A stretch of 32,000 nt of DNA from Mycolicibacterium smegmatis (GTDB taxonomy: Bacteria > Actinomycetota > Actinomycetes > Mycobacteriales > Mycobacteriaceae). Shown one piece after another: positions 9,395 to 20,433 of the stretch. The stretch is taken from assembly GCF_001457595.1 (NCBI RefSeq), contig NZ_LN831039.1, positions 6,870,001-6,902,000 on the forward strand, read 5' to 3'. Numbering within the stretch: position 1 is the first letter of the stretch; every line of letters begins with the position of its first letter. Both the position numbers and the translations under genes were made by a program. The notes under the pieces are model-generated. The model was given only the letters and a program-made list of their open reading frames with translations. It was not told the origin of the DNA and did not search any database.

Positions 9395-10789
9395 TCAGTC
9401 GTTCCCGCGCGGCGGTAGCTGGACAGCAACGCCGCCGGACGCGTGTTCGGGTCCGGCGTCGGGATGCTCGGCCGGTACCCGGCCGCGGAACCGCGCGGCT
9501 TCGCTGGGGCCCTTGGGGGCATTTTCGCGATCGGGGCTGCGGTACGGACCGGGCTTGGGTCGCGGCGTCCCGCCCGGGAAGGCCAACCGGAAGATGGTGC
9601 GTTGCACGGTGAACCACTGGTGGCCGAACGGCCCGGAGTTGTAGGGCAGCTCGTAGCGTTCGCAGATGTCTTTCACCTTCGGCGCTATCTCGGCGTAGCG
9701 GCTGCTGGGCATGTCCGGGAAGAGATGGTGCTCAACCTGATATCCCAGATTGCCGCTGATGATGTGGAACAGCGGGCTGCCCTCGATGTTGGCCGCGCCG
9801 AGGAGCTGGCGCACGTACCATCCGCCGCGGGTCTCGTTCTCCACCTCCTCCTCGGTGAACGTCCACGTCTGATCGGGGAAATGTCCGCAGAAGATGATGG
9901 CGTGGGCCCACACGTTCCGGATGACGTTGGCCAGTGCGTTCGCCGCCAGGGTCCGCAGGTAGGTGCTCTCGACACCGGCCACCTGCCGGTCGAGCAGACC
10001 GGCCACCGTACCCACGCGGCGGTTGCCGGTGATGCGGCGTAGCCGGTTGCCGAGGCGGCTGTGCGGCGGTCGCGGCAACCGCCCACGTAAGGCCAACTGC
10101 GCCAACGCGAATGCGCCGGCACTGATCATCGGCCACCCGAGGTAGTCCTTGACGATCTGTTGGCGGGCTTTCACGCCGATCTCCTTGAAATCGTCTTTGA
10201 GGTCGGCGAATGTCTTCTGGCCGCGGATGAGCCCTTCGATGTCTGTGTCGTGGACCGCCACGCCCCATTCGAACAGCAACATGAGCAGCAGGTTGTAGAG
10301 CGGCTGACCGAGGTTGCCGGGGCGCCACTTCTGATGCGGATCGATCCGCATGATCTCGTACCCGAGATCTTTGTCCTTGCCCAGGATGTTGGTGTAGGTG
10401 TGATGGATGTAGTTGTGGGAGTGCTTCCACGCTTTGGCGCTGGAGGCCGTGTCCCAATCCCACACCGAGGAATGCACGTCGGGGTCGTTCATCCAATCCC
10501 ATTGCCCGTGCAGGATGTTGTGGCCCAGTTCCATGTTCTCCAGGATCTTGGCCATGCTCAGGCACGCGGTGCCCAACACCCACGCGGTGCGAGATCGCGA
10601 CGCCAGTAGCAGCACGCGCCCGGCCACGATGATCTGGCGCTGCACCGAGATCACCGTCTTGATGTAATGGCGATCCCGTTCATCGAGTTCGGCGAACACC
10701 TCGTCGTGGATGGCGTCGAATTCTTTGGCGAGTTTCTCGAGATCCTGCTCGCTGAGCCGGTGCAGCGGACTCGGTGCCGTGATGACCAT
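9395..10789 (-). CDS. Membrane fatty acid desaturase, DesA3-like
   Basis: Histidine boxes 'HNILHGQWDWMNDPDVHSS', 'HSHNYIHHTYTNILG', 'GNLGYQVEHHLFPDMPSSRY'; 'NVIRNVWAHAIIFCGHFPD' as in mycobacterial DesA3. Confidence 0.9.
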   Translation of the reverse strand: MVITAPSPLHRLSEQDLEKLAKEFDAIHDEVFAELDERDRHYIKTVISVQRQIIVAGRVLLLASRSRTAWVLGTACLSMAKILENMELGHNILHGQWDWMNDPDVHSSVWDWDTASSAKAWKHSHNYIHHTYTNILGKDKDLGYEIMRIDPHQKWRPGNLGQPLYNLLLMLLFEWGVAVHDTDIEGLIRGQKTFADLKDDFKEIGVKARQQIVKDYLGWPMISAGAFALAQLALRGRLPRPPHSRLGNRLRRITGNRRVGTVAGLLDRQVAGVESTYLRTLAANALANVIRNVWAHAIIFCGHFPDQTWTFTEEEVENETRGGWYVRQLLGAANIEGSPLFHIISGNLGYQVEHHLFPDMPSSRYAEIAPKVKDICERYELPYNSGPFGHQWFTVQRTIFRLAFPGGTPRPKPGPYRSPDRENAPKGPSEAARFRGRVPAEHPDAGPEHASGGVAVQLPPRGND

Positions 10790-10815
10790 GAGGATCCCTT
10801 CTGTTCCAGAGCGGT

Positions 10816-11913
10816 CTAGAGTTCGATTTCGACGTCGCCTTCGGCGGCGTTTATGCAGATGCGGACGTCCTGGCCGGTGGGCTCGGCGATCTCGCCGGAA
10901 CGTAGGTCGCGCACCTTCCCGGATCTCACTGTGCCGGTGCAGGTGTGGCAGATCCCGATGCGGCAGCCGTAGGCGAGCTTGAGCCCTGCCTGTTCACCGG
11001 CTTCGAGTATCGGTGTGCCGCCGCCACATTCGGCGGTGGTCTCGCTGTCGAGGAAGGTGACGGTGCCGCCGTTGCCGGCGCCGGCGTCGCCACCGATCTT
11101 GGGCTGGAACCGCTCGTAGTGCAGGCGGTCGCGATCGCCGTGCTGCTCCCAGTGGTCGATCAGCGCATCGAGCAGCTCCCCTGGACCGGAGCAGAATGCC
11201 TCGCGCTCTCGCCAGTCCGGGCACACGTCGTCGAGTTCCTGTGGCTTGAACCGGCCGCGTTCGGAGGTGAGTCGCACGTCCAGGCGCAGCCCGTCGTGCC
11301 GACGCTCCAGGTCCTCGAGGTCCGGCAGGAACATGACGTGCTCCCTTGTCCGATCCGAGTGCAGGACCACGACGTCGTCGCAGGCGTCTCGATGGTCGAG
11401 GCTGCGCAGCATGCTCATGATCGGCGTGATGCCGCTGCCTGCGCTGATGAACAGCATCTTGGCGGGCAACGCCTCGGGCAGGGTGAACTGCCCCTCGATC
11501 TCTCCGAGGCGCACGAGTTCGCCGGGCTGGATCTTCTCCACCAGGTACGGCGACACGACACCGCCGTCCACCTTCTTGGGGGTGACGCTGATCAGACCGT
11601 CCTCGGATTGGGGATCCGACGTGAGCGAGTAGGCCCGCCAGTGATATCTGCCGTCGATCACCAGACCGAGCCGCACGTACTGGCCGGGCAGGTGACCGGG
11701 CCATTCGTGGCTCGGTCGGATCAGAACGCTCGCGGCTTCCGATCCCCGCGGCTCGATGCGCTCGACCCGGCCGCGCAGCTCTTTGGTGGTCCACAGCGGA
11801 TTGACCAACTCGAGGTAGTCGTCCGGCCGGAGGGGCTTGAACAGGTGCCGGATGGCGCGCAGGAACAATCGCCGGCCCCTCGGGACGCGCGGTTGAGCAC
11901 CCCTTTCCGCCAT
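10816..11913 (-). CDS. FAD-binding oxidoreductase with C-terminal [2Fe-2S] ferredoxin domain (desaturase electron-transfer partner, Rv3230c-like)
   Basis: 'RAYSLTSDPQ', 'ISAGSGITPIMSMLRSL', [2Fe-2S] motif 'AYGCRIGICHTCTGTVRSG'. ATG 11913 preceded by an AAGGAG-type RBS. Confidence 0.92.
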   Translation of the reverse strand: MAERGAQPRVPRGRRLFLRAIRHLFKPLRPDDYLELVNPLWTTKELRGRVERIEPRGSEAASVLIRPSHEWPGHLPGQYVRLGLVIDGRYHWRAYSLTSDPQSEDGLISVTPKKVDGGVVSPYLVEKIQPGELVRLGEIEGQFTLPEALPAKMLFISAGSGITPIMSMLRSLDHRDACDDVVVLHSDRTREHVMFLPDLEDLERRHDGLRLDVRLTSERGRFKPQELDDVCPDWREREAFCSGPGELLDALIDHWEQHGDRDRLHYERFQPKIGGDAGAGNGGTVTFLDSETTAECGGGTPILEAGEQAGLKLAYGCRIGICHTCTGTVRSGKVRDLRSGEIAEPTGQDVRICINAAEGDVEIEL

Positions 11914-12094
11914 GCAAGATCTCCTTCTGCGCACTCGCCAGTTGTGAGCCACGCCACCGCTCCTGCGGGTAGCCGCCACGACGCGGCTTGAAACGCTTCC
12001 GGAGGTTTCTTTCCCCGTGAATCGAGCCCCGTCGAGAACGTTCCCGTCGACGTGCACGTTTCAAGTCGACGCCGGCCTGACGTGCACGAGGGGG

Positions 12095-12823
12095 ATGCGA
12101 TTGACAACGTTCGTTCTGGTCGCCGGGGCATGGCACGGAGCTTGGTGCTGGTACAAGGTCGCACCGCTGCTCGAAGCGCTGGGACACACCGTTGTCATGC
12201 CTGACCTTCCGTCCCTGGGCCGGGACATGACCCCCGTGTCCGAGGTATCGCTGGCCATGTGGCGCGACCATCTGGTCGACATCGTGGAGGCGCAGCCCGG
12301 ACGGACGGTGCTGGTCGGCCACAGCCGGGGAGGAGCCGTCATCAGCGAGGTGGCCGAGCAACGGCCGGAACTCATCGAGGCACTCGTCTACGTCGCTGCC
12401 TATCTTCCGACGAACGGAACCAGTGTGCACGACCAGGCCGCGGCGGGCGGAGACAGCATATTGATGCGCAACTCTTATCTGTCTGCTGATGGAGTGACAC
12501 TGCTCCTCGCCGACGAAGCACTACGGCCCGCGCTGTACAGCGAGTGTTCGGCCGAAGACGTCACTCTCGCCAGGCTGTGTATCCGACCGGAACCTGCGGC
12601 GCCCGCGCTCACCGCGGTGGCACTGAGTGACGACCGCTTCGGCGCCGTTGCGCGCGACTACGTGGAATGCCTGCGCGACAACGCCATTCCCATCGCTCAC
12701 CAACGCCGTATGCAACGTGCTCAGCCACCACGCCGCACCCTCGCACTCGACACGGACCACTGCCCGTTCTTCTCCCAGCCGCGTCAACTCGCCGAGTTCA
12801 TCTCAGGTGCAGCCTCTCGGTGA
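12095..12823 (+). CDS. Alpha/beta hydrolase (esterase / hydroxynitrile-lyase-like)
   Basis: '[37 protein letters not shown]', '[17 protein letters not shown]', '[11 protein letters not shown]'. The track ORF starts at GTG 12017; ATG 12095 is more plausible. Confidence 0.88.
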   Translation: MRLTTFVLVAGAWHGAWCWYKVAPLLEALGHTVVMPDLPSLGRDMTPVSEVSLAMWRDHLVDIVEAQPGRTVLVGHSRGGAVISEVAEQRPELIEALVYVAAYLPTNGTSVHDQAAAGGDSILMRNSYLSADGVTLLLADEALRPALYSECSAEDVTLARLCIRPEPAAPALTAVALSDDRFGAVARDYVECLRDNAIPIAHQRRMQRAQPPRRTLALDTDHCPFFSQPRQLAEFISGAASR

Positions 12824-13719
12824 AGGTTGTCGCCCGCCCGGATCTCCCGCACGAACGACGCGATGGCCTCTCCGATCTGGTCTGCGCTGTCCTCCTGGAG
12901 GAAATGGGTTCCCGGCACGGTGATCTCGGTCTGATTCGGCCAGCTGCGCACGATGTCGAGGATGCGTTGCTTGCCCTGGATCACCCCGGGATCGGCGCGG
13001 ATGAACAGCTTGGGAATGTCACTCGTGGCCAGCCATTCACCGAAGTCCTCGATGACGGCGACGACCTCGGCGGGTTCACCGGCGAGCGGAACGTCGCGCG
13101 GCCATGACAGCGTGGGCCGTCGATCCTCGCCGGCGTTGAGGAACGGCCGACGGTAGTGAATCATCTCCTCCTCGCTGAGGGTGCGCATCACGATCGACGG
13201 CAACACCCCCTCGATGAAGGCGTTGTTCTCCAACACCATCTCCTCGCCCTGCGGGGAGCGCAAACCACGGAACATCTGGGCGACCTCGTCGGGGAAATCG
13301 TCCCATTCCATCGGCACCGAGACGGTTTCCATGTGCACGATGCCTGCGACCCGGTCGCGGTGCCGGTTGGCCCAATCGAATCCGAGCGCCCCACCCCAGT
13401 CGTGTAGTACGAGCGTGACGCGATCACCGAGATCGAGTGCATCCCACAGCGCGAACAAGTAGTCGCGGTTCTCGTGGTAGTGATAGCTGTCAGGGCCTGA
13501 ACCGTCGAGCTTGTCCGACGCGCCCATCCCGATCAGATCACATGCGACGAGCCGGCCGAGCCCTTCGGTGTGCGGCAGCACGTTGCGCCACAGGTACGAC
13601 GAACTCGGGTTGCCGTGTTGGAACACGATGGCATCGCCGCGGGCCTCGTCAATGTAGGCCATCCGTTTACCGTTGATCTCTCGGTACTGCAGCCGGCCGT
13701 ACGGCTCGGATCCCGGCAT
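12784..13719 (-). CDS. Haloalkane dehalogenase, HLD-II (LinB/DmbA-like)
   Basis: Closely resembles LinB: '[30 protein letters not shown]', '[19 protein letters not shown]', '[18 protein letters not shown]', '[15 protein letters not shown]', '[24 protein letters not shown]'. ATG 13719. Confidence 0.92.
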   Translation of the reverse strand: MPGSEPYGRLQYREINGKRMAYIDEARGDAIVFQHGNPSSSYLWRNVLPHTEGLGRLVACDLIGMGASDKLDGSGPDSYHYHENRDYLFALWDALDLGDRVTLVLHDWGGALGFDWANRHRDRVAGIVHMETVSVPMEWDDFPDEVAQMFRGLRSPQGEEMVLENNAFIEGVLPSIVMRTLSEEEMIHYRRPFLNAGEDRRPTLSWPRDVPLAGEPAEVVAVIEDFGEWLATSDIPKLFIRADPGVIQGKQRILDIVRSWPNQTEITVPGTHFLQEDSADQIGEAIASFVREIRAGDNLHREAAPEMNSAS

Positions 13720-13762
13720 CGGGCACCACCTTTCGCAGCGGAAGTACTTCGAACGTATCGAG

Positions 13763-13777
13763 CGCTCATCGTGAGCG
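13763..13777. promoter_or_regulatory. Inverted repeat CGCTCA-tcg-TGAGCG in divergent intergenic region
   Basis: Perfect 6-bp arms; a 10-bp palindrome GAAGTACTTC lies nearby at 13741-13750. Confidence 0.4.
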
Positions 13778-13889
13778 ACACCGGCCCGATGGCCAACACC
13801 CGCCGGGATATTGCCGACTCCGCGGGGGACCAACTGGCATTATGTCGGCGATAAAGGACGATCTTGCCATCGCGCATTAGGCTGTTGTC

Positions 13890-14888
13890 ATGCGCAGAGT
13901 TGCGGTCTTGGCAGTCCCCGACGTCGTCGCGTTCGACCTGAGCATTCCCATCGAGGTGTTCGGCCGAGTTCGACTGGCCGACGGTATGAATGGATACCGC
14001 GTCCAAGTGTGTGGCACCGAGCCGACGGTGTCGGCGGGCCCGCTGCGCATCGCCACCGATCACGGTCTTGAGGCACTGGCCGATGCGGACACCATCATCG
14101 TGCCCGGCCGCGAGAACCTTCCGACCCAGACCCCTGCCCCGGTTGTCACCGCCCTTCGCGACGCCTATGCGAGCGGCGCCACCATCGCCTCGATCTGCAC
14201 CGGCGCGTTCGTTCTGGCAGATACCGGTCTGCTCGACGGTCGGCGTGCGACCACCCACTGGGCCGCGGCTGACCTGTTCCGCGCCAATTTTCCGGCCGTT
14301 GATCTCGATCCCGACGTCCTCTACGTCGATGCCGGGCGGATACTCACGTCGGCGGGAGCGTCGGCCGGCGTCGACCTCTGTTTGCACATGGTGCAGCGCG
14401 ATCACGGGGCCGCCGCTGCCGCCAACGCGGCCAAGATGGCGGTGGCGCCACTTCACCGCAGTGGTGGTCAGGCGCAGTTCATCATCCGAAATCAGCCTCC
14501 TGCCAGCGTGATCGGTGAGAAGACGCATTTGAGCGAGGTGCTCGTGTGGATCGAGCAGAACGCCCACCGCGAGCTGACCCTGTCCGACATCGCCGATCAC
14601 GCCGCGACGAGTATCCGCACCCTCAACCGCCGTTTTCAGGCCGAGACCGGCCAGACACCCATGCAGTGGGTCACCGGCGTGCGGATCCGTCACGCGCAAG
14701 AGCTACTCGAGCGGACGTCACTCAGTGTCGAGCGGATCGGCCGTGACGTGGGGTTCACCTCCGCGGCCAATTTCCGCGAGCAGTTCCGCAGGCTCAGTGG
14801 CGTCGCGCCGCAGGTCTACCGGAACACCTTTCGCGAACGCACTCAGGACATTCCGCACACCACGAGTACCGCCTTGGCATCGGCGTAA
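13890..14888 (+). CDS. GlxA-family transcriptional regulator (DJ-1/PfpI domain + AraC HTH)
   Basis: N-terminal 'RRVAVLAVPDVVAFDLSIPIEVFGRV', C-terminal 'LTLSDIADHAATSIRTLNRRFQAETGQTPMQWVTGVRIRHAQELLERTSLSVERIGRDVGFTSAANFREQFRRLSGVAPQVYRNTF'. Confidence 0.93.
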   Translation: MRRVAVLAVPDVVAFDLSIPIEVFGRVRLADGMNGYRVQVCGTEPTVSAGPLRIATDHGLEALADADTIIVPGRENLPTQTPAPVVTALRDAYASGATIASICTGAFVLADTGLLDGRRATTHWAAADLFRANFPAVDLDPDVLYVDAGRILTSAGASAGVDLCLHMVQRDHGAAAAANAAKMAVAPLHRSGGQAQFIIRNQPPASVIGEKTHLSEVLVWIEQNAHRELTLSDIADHAATSIRTLNRRFQAETGQTPMQWVTGVRIRHAQELLERTSLSVERIGRDVGFTSAANFREQFRRLSGVAPQVYRNTFRERTQDIPHTTSTALASA

Positions 14889-14905
14889 CCGAGGGCCTTT
14901 CCAGG

Positions 14906-15835
14906 TCAGCGCTCGGTCAGCGCGGGAATCTCCGGGTGGTCGCGCAGTGCGTCGACGACGGCGTGCACGGCCGGGCGGGCCGCACTGCGGCGAAACGCCG
15001 CGGCGACGTTGCGGTGCACGGGCAGGGTGAGCTCACGGGTCAGCACCTTCTGTTCCGGGCCGACCGCCAGGGCCGGCAGCAGTGCGACGGAGCCCTGCGT
15101 CTGCACATGGTGCACCAACAGCGACACGGTGCTGAACCGACCTGCCACGCGCGGTTCGAAACCGCTTTGGCGGCACAGCCGTAACGTGAGTTCGGCCATG
15201 TAGGAGTCGGGCCGGTCGCACACCCACGTCTCGTCACTGCACGTGGCGAGGTCGACCACCGGTCGGCGGCCCAGGTGATGATCCTGCGGCAGCACCAGCA
15301 CGATCGGGTCGGTGCCGATCGCGACGATGTCGAGATCGTCTCCCCACGGGAATTCCATGTAGTCCGTGGTGGTGACGATGACGTCGACCTCGCTGGCCCG
15401 CAACGCCGCCCCGCTCTCGTGGGGTTCGAGTTCGATCAACTCGAGGTGCAGATGCGGATGGGTGTCGGCGAGACGCGCGGATGCCGGTATCCCCAAGGTG
15501 GGGATCGCGCTCTGGAACAGCCCCAGCCGGACCGTGCCGACAGGTTCGTCGCTGAGTTCCCGCAGCTCGGCCTCGACGGCGGCCATCCGGTCGATGATCT
15601 CCCGTCCGCGCCGTGCCAGTAGCAGTCCGGTCGGGGTCAGGCGCACGCGGCGGCCTGCGCGTTCCAGCAGCCGGGTGTGGGTCTCGCCCTCCAGGAGCGC
15701 GAGCTGTTGGGAGACCGTGGAGGGGCTGAGGTGCAGCGCCTCTGCGACCGACCTGACCGTGCCGAGCGTGTCCAACAGGCTCAGCATCTGAAGTCGCCAC
15801 GGATTCAGCACCTGTTGATTGTTGTACGGATCCAC
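14906..15835 (-). CDS. LysR-family transcriptional regulator, putative regulator of the adjacent dialkylglycine decarboxylase
   Basis: N-terminal HTH 'TLGTVRSVAEALHLSPSTVSQQLALLEGETHTRLLERAGRRVRLTPTG'; divergent from the 15898 gene, as dgdR is from dgdA in Burkholderia. Confidence 0.88.
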   Translation of the reverse strand: MDPYNNQQVLNPWRLQMLSLLDTLGTVRSVAEALHLSPSTVSQQLALLEGETHTRLLERAGRRVRLTPTGLLLARRGREIIDRMAAVEAELRELSDEPVGTVRLGLFQSAIPTLGIPASARLADTHPHLHLELIELEPHESGAALRASEVDVIVTTTDYMEFPWGDDLDIVAIGTDPIVLVLPQDHHLGRRPVVDLATCSDETWVCDRPDSYMAELTLRLCRQSGFEPRVAGRFSTVSLLVHHVQTQGSVALLPALAVGPEQKVLTRELTLPVHRNVAAAFRRSAARPAVHAVVDALRDHPEIPALTER

Positions 15836-15894
15836 CGAACAGGAAAGTGGATGATCGTTGCTGGACGTAAACAGCGCCGGGTCCTAGCGTGTGA

Positions 15895-17220
<1,326 letters not shown>

Positions 17221-17225
17221 GGTAT

Positions 17226-18047
17226 CTAATGCTGGGGTGCGCCGAGTTCGGTGAAGCAGAACTTGCCGCCGACCAACCGCACGTCGGCTCCCTGGCCTGA
17301 CTCCTCGACGTGGGCGAGGATGTCCTGCGCGAACACCTCGGAGTCGTCCTGCGGGTGGTAGCCGATCTGTTCGCCGGCCTCCAGGGACCACCACCGTCGG
17401 GTGTTGCGGGAGATGCCCCACACGATCCGGAATCCCGGCTCGGGTGTGGCGAGGCATGCCTCCAACAGCCGCGCCCCGTCGTCCGGCGACATCCAGGTCC
17501 ACAGCGACCTTGCGTCCCAGGGCTTCTCGAAGCACGAGCCGATCCGCAGGCAGGTCACATCCATTCCGTAGCGGGAGTGGAACAGGCTACCCAGCGCTTC
17601 CAGCGCCGCCTTGCTGAAACCGTAATAGGTGTCGGGACGGGGCAAGATGTCGGCGCGCAGACCGTCCGGACCCGCCTCCTCCTTGCCGTAGAAACCCACG
17701 GCGTGGTTGCTCGAAGCGAGCACCACTCGTTCGACGCCCGCGTCGCGCGCCTGCTCGAGCAGCACCCGGGTGCCGTCGATGTTGTTGGTGAGGATGTCCT
17801 GCCACGGTGCCTCGACGCTGATACCCCCGAGATGGATCACGGCGTCGACGCCGTCGCAGGCATCGCGCATCACCTTCTCGTCGGTCACCGACCCCTGAAG
17901 CACCTCCACGTCCTCGCCGTCGGCGGGAGGCTCCGGAGTGACCAGGTCCAGCAGGCGCAGCGTTCGTCCCTCCCGCGCCAGCCGGGGCCGCATCAACCGG
18001 CCCAAACCACCGTTCGCACCGGTGATGAGCACTGTCTGGGTCATCAC
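17226..18047 (-). CDS. udh: NAD-dependent uronate dehydrogenase-like SDR/epimerase
   Basis: 'TGANGGLGRLMRPRLA', 'VIHLGGISVEAPWQDILTNNIDGT', 'VLASSNHAVGFYG', 'YYGFSKAALEALGSLFHSRYGMDVTCLRIGSC'; resembles Agrobacterium Udh. Confidence 0.82.
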   Translation of the reverse strand: MMTQTVLITGANGGLGRLMRPRLAREGRTLRLLDLVTPEPPADGEDVEVLQGSVTDEKVMRDACDGVDAVIHLGGISVEAPWQDILTNNIDGTRVLLEQARDAGVERVVLASSNHAVGFYGKEEAGPDGLRADILPRPDTYYGFSKAALEALGSLFHSRYGMDVTCLRIGSCFEKPWDARSLWTWMSPDDGARLLEACLATPEPGFRIVWGISRNTRRWWSLEAGEQIGYHPQDDSEVFAQDILAHVEESGQGADVRLVGGKFCFTELGAPQH

Positions 18048-18060
18048 GCTCCTTCCTGTC

Positions 18061-19113
18061 TCAGGGCCGATCGGACCGGCGCAACGCAGCGATCCGGTCC
18101 AGGTACTCGGCGTACTGCTCGCCGTATTTGTCGATGACCGACTTGGTGGCCGCGCGCCAGGGCGCGATGTCGTCGACGCGGGTGATCGTCACCCCCGCCT
18201 CGCGCAGCTTCTGCATGTCGGCGTCGACCTGCTCGTTCCACTTCTTTCGCTGGTACGGCACCGCGTCGAAGGCGGCCTGCTGCAACAGGTTCTGGTCCTC
18301 GGTGGGCAGATCCTCCCACACGCTTCGGTTGACGATGAGGATCTCGGCCACGCGCATGTGTTCGTCGAGCGTGAAGTTCGGCGCGACCTCGTAGTGCGAC
18401 GCCGAGAAGTAGCTCGGTGCGTTGTTCTCCGCCCCGTCGAGAAGACCGCTCTGCAACGAACTGTAGACCTCGCCGTAGTTCATCGGTGTCGGAGAGCCGC
18501 CGAGCGCGCTGATGAAATCCATGATCACCGCTGCCTGTTGCACGCGGAACTTGAGCCCGCGCACGTCCTCGGGTGTGGTGATCACCCGGTCGGTCGTGTA
18601 GAAGCTGCGCGCGCCCGGATCGAAGTAGCAGAGCCCCTTGAACCCGGCACGGTCCAACTCGCCGAGCAGCTTGCGGCCCCCGTCCTCGGCATCGAGGAAC
18701 CGCCACATGTGGTCGGCGTCATCGAAGATGAACGGCAGGCCGAACAGTCCCATGGGACCGGCGAACTCGGCCATCGGCGCGGAGCTCACCCGGGTCATCT
18801 CGATGACGCCCAGTTGGACCTGCTCGATGATGTCGGACTCCTCGCCAAGGCGTCCGCCGGCATAGACCTGGATATCGATGCGACCGCCGCTACGTTCCCG
18901 GACCAGGTCGGCGAACCGCTTGTCACCGAGGGTGGTGGGGTAGTTCTCGGGGTGGGTCTCGGCTAGGCGGAACCGGTGCTGCGCCCCTGTCCCGCTTCCG
19001 CCAATTCCGCAGGCGGCCAAGGGAACTGCGGCCAGCGACGCGGCCGCAGCAGCGCCGGCCTTGAGTGCGGTGCGCCGACTGAACGCTGTGGGGCGCCGGA
19101 TCTGAGCGGTCAT
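18061..19113 (-). CDS. dctP: TRAP transporter solute-binding protein (DctP family), Tat-type lipoprotein signal
   Basis: 'SRRTALKAGAAAAASLAAVPLAACG' (RR motif + lipobox), 'RLAETHPENYPTTLGDKRFADLVRERSGGRIDIQVYAGGRLGEESDIIEQVQLG', 'NAPSYFSASHYEVAPNF'. Confidence 0.93.
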   Translation of the reverse strand: MTAQIRRPTAFSRRTALKAGAAAAASLAAVPLAACGIGGSGTGAQHRFRLAETHPENYPTTLGDKRFADLVRERSGGRIDIQVYAGGRLGEESDIIEQVQLGVIEMTRVSSAPMAEFAGPMGLFGLPFIFDDADHMWRFLDAEDGGRKLLGELDRAGFKGLCYFDPGARSFYTTDRVITTPEDVRGLKFRVQQAAVIMDFISALGGSPTPMNYGEVYSSLQSGLLDGAENNAPSYFSASHYEVAPNFTLDEHMRVAEILIVNRSVWEDLPTEDQNLLQQAAFDAVPYQRKKWNEQVDADMQKLREAGVTITRVDDIAPWRAATKSVIDKYGEQYAEYLDRIAALRRSDRP

Positions 19114-19125
19114 GATTCCCACTTT

Positions 19126-20421
19126 CTAGAGGCCGAGCAGGCCCGGTAGGGCCAGGGACAACTGCGGCAGGAACGTGATGAGCAGGAGCACCAAGAGCAT
19201 GGGGACCAGGAACACCGGGAGTGCCCGTGAGACCTTCTCGATCGAGATCTGGCCGATCGCAGCCCCGACGAACAGGACGTTGCCGACCGGCGGCGTGATG
19301 AGACCGATGGCGAGGTTGAGCAGCAGCATGATGCCGAACTGGACCGGGTCCATCCCGATACTCGTGGCGACCGGCAGCAGGATCGGCGTCATGATCAAGA
19401 TCAGTGGTGCCATGTCCATCACGGCGCCGAGCGCGAGCAGCAGCAGGTTGATCACCAGCAGGATGACGATCTTGTTGTCCGAGAGGCCCAATAGTGCTTG
19501 GGTGACCGCCTCGGGGACCTGGAGGAAGGTCAGGAAATACCCGAACGCCCCGGCCGCCGCGATGATGAACAGCACGATCCCGAGCGTTCGTGCGGTGCGC
19601 TGGAGGATCGGGATGAAGCCCGACAGCGGGATGTCGCGGTACACGAAGAAGGTCAGGAAGAAGGCGTAGACACAGCCGATGGCCGCGGACTCGGTCGCGG
19701 TGAAGATGCCACTGAGGATTCCGCCGAGGATGATCACCGGCATCAGCAGGCTCAGCAGCCCTTCCCACACGATGCGTGGGACCTCACTGACCGGGACGAG
19801 GGTCTCCTTGGGGTACCCACGGCGGACGGCGAGCAGGTAGGCCAGCACCAGAAGCGACAAGCCGATCAGCAGACCGGGGACGATGCCTGCGACGAACAGG
19901 GCACCGATCGACACCCCGCCCGCGGCCATCGAGAAGATCACCAGGTTGTGGCTGGGCGGAATCATCACGGCCTGAGCGGCTCCGGTGATGGTCACGCAGA
20001 CGGCGTAATCGGCGTCGTACCCTTTCTGTTTCATCATCGGGATGGTCGCCGACCCGATGGCCGAGACGTCGGCGACCGACGAACCCGATAGTGCACCGAA
20101 GAAGGTGCTGGAACCGATGTTGATCATCGCCAGGCCGCCGCGCAGCCAGCCGACGAACAGACTCGCGAACGCGATCAGTCGCCGGGAGATCCCGCCGGCG
20201 GCCATGATCTCGCCCCCGAGGATGAAGAACGGGATGGCGAGCAGCGCGAAGATGTCGAGGCCCGCGACCATCCGCTGCCCGACGATGGGCAGCGGCAGGT
20301 CGAGATAGAACGCCTCGAAAACCGCCGCCAGCGCCAGCGCCAGGGCGATCGGGATGCGCAGCAGGATGAGCACGGCGAATCCTCCGATGAGGATTCCCAC
20401 AGCGATGGGGTCGATGGACAC
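19126..20421 (-). CDS. dctM: TRAP transporter large permease (DctM)
   Basis: 'RIPIALALALAAVFEAFYL', 'GSSTFFGALSGSSVADVSAIGSATIPMMKQKGYDADYAVCVTITGAAQAVMIPPSHNLVIF', 'NLAIGLITPPVGNVLF'. Confidence 0.95.
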   Translation of the reverse strand: MSIDPIAVGILIGGFAVLILLRIPIALALALAAVFEAFYLDLPLPIVGQRMVAGLDIFALLAIPFFILGGEIMAAGGISRRLIAFASLFVGWLRGGLAMINIGSSTFFGALSGSSVADVSAIGSATIPMMKQKGYDADYAVCVTITGAAQAVMIPPSHNLVIFSMAAGGVSIGALFVAGIVPGLLIGLSLLVLAYLLAVRRGYPKETLVPVSEVPRIVWEGLLSLLMPVIILGGILSGIFTATESAAIGCVYAFFLTFFVYRDIPLSGFIPILQRTARTLGIVLFIIAAAGAFGYFLTFLQVPEAVTQALLGLSDNKIVILLVINLLLLALGAVMDMAPLILIMTPILLPVATSIGMDPVQFGIMLLLNLAIGLITPPVGNVLFVGAAIGQISIEKVSRALPVFLVPMLLVLLLITFLPQLSLALPGLLGL

Positions 20422-20433
20422 GCGAACTCCAGC

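Noticed and set aside
9374-9395. Hairpin AGCCGC-N10-GCGGCT between ADH copy 2 and the convergent desaturase, possible terminator
   Set aside because: Only 6-bp arms, 10-nt loop and no U-tract; too weak to call a terminator.
9732-10583. 283-aa minus-frame ORF inside the desaturase gene
   Set aside because: Out-of-frame shadow; histidine boxes are encoded only in the 9395..10789 frame.
13533-14699. 388-aa minus-strand ORF antisense to the GlxA-family regulator
   Set aside because: Antisense shadow of a well-supported DJ-1/AraC regulator.
17938-18966. 342-aa + strand ORF opposite DctP
   Set aside because: Antisense shadow; DctP has signal peptide and family motifs.
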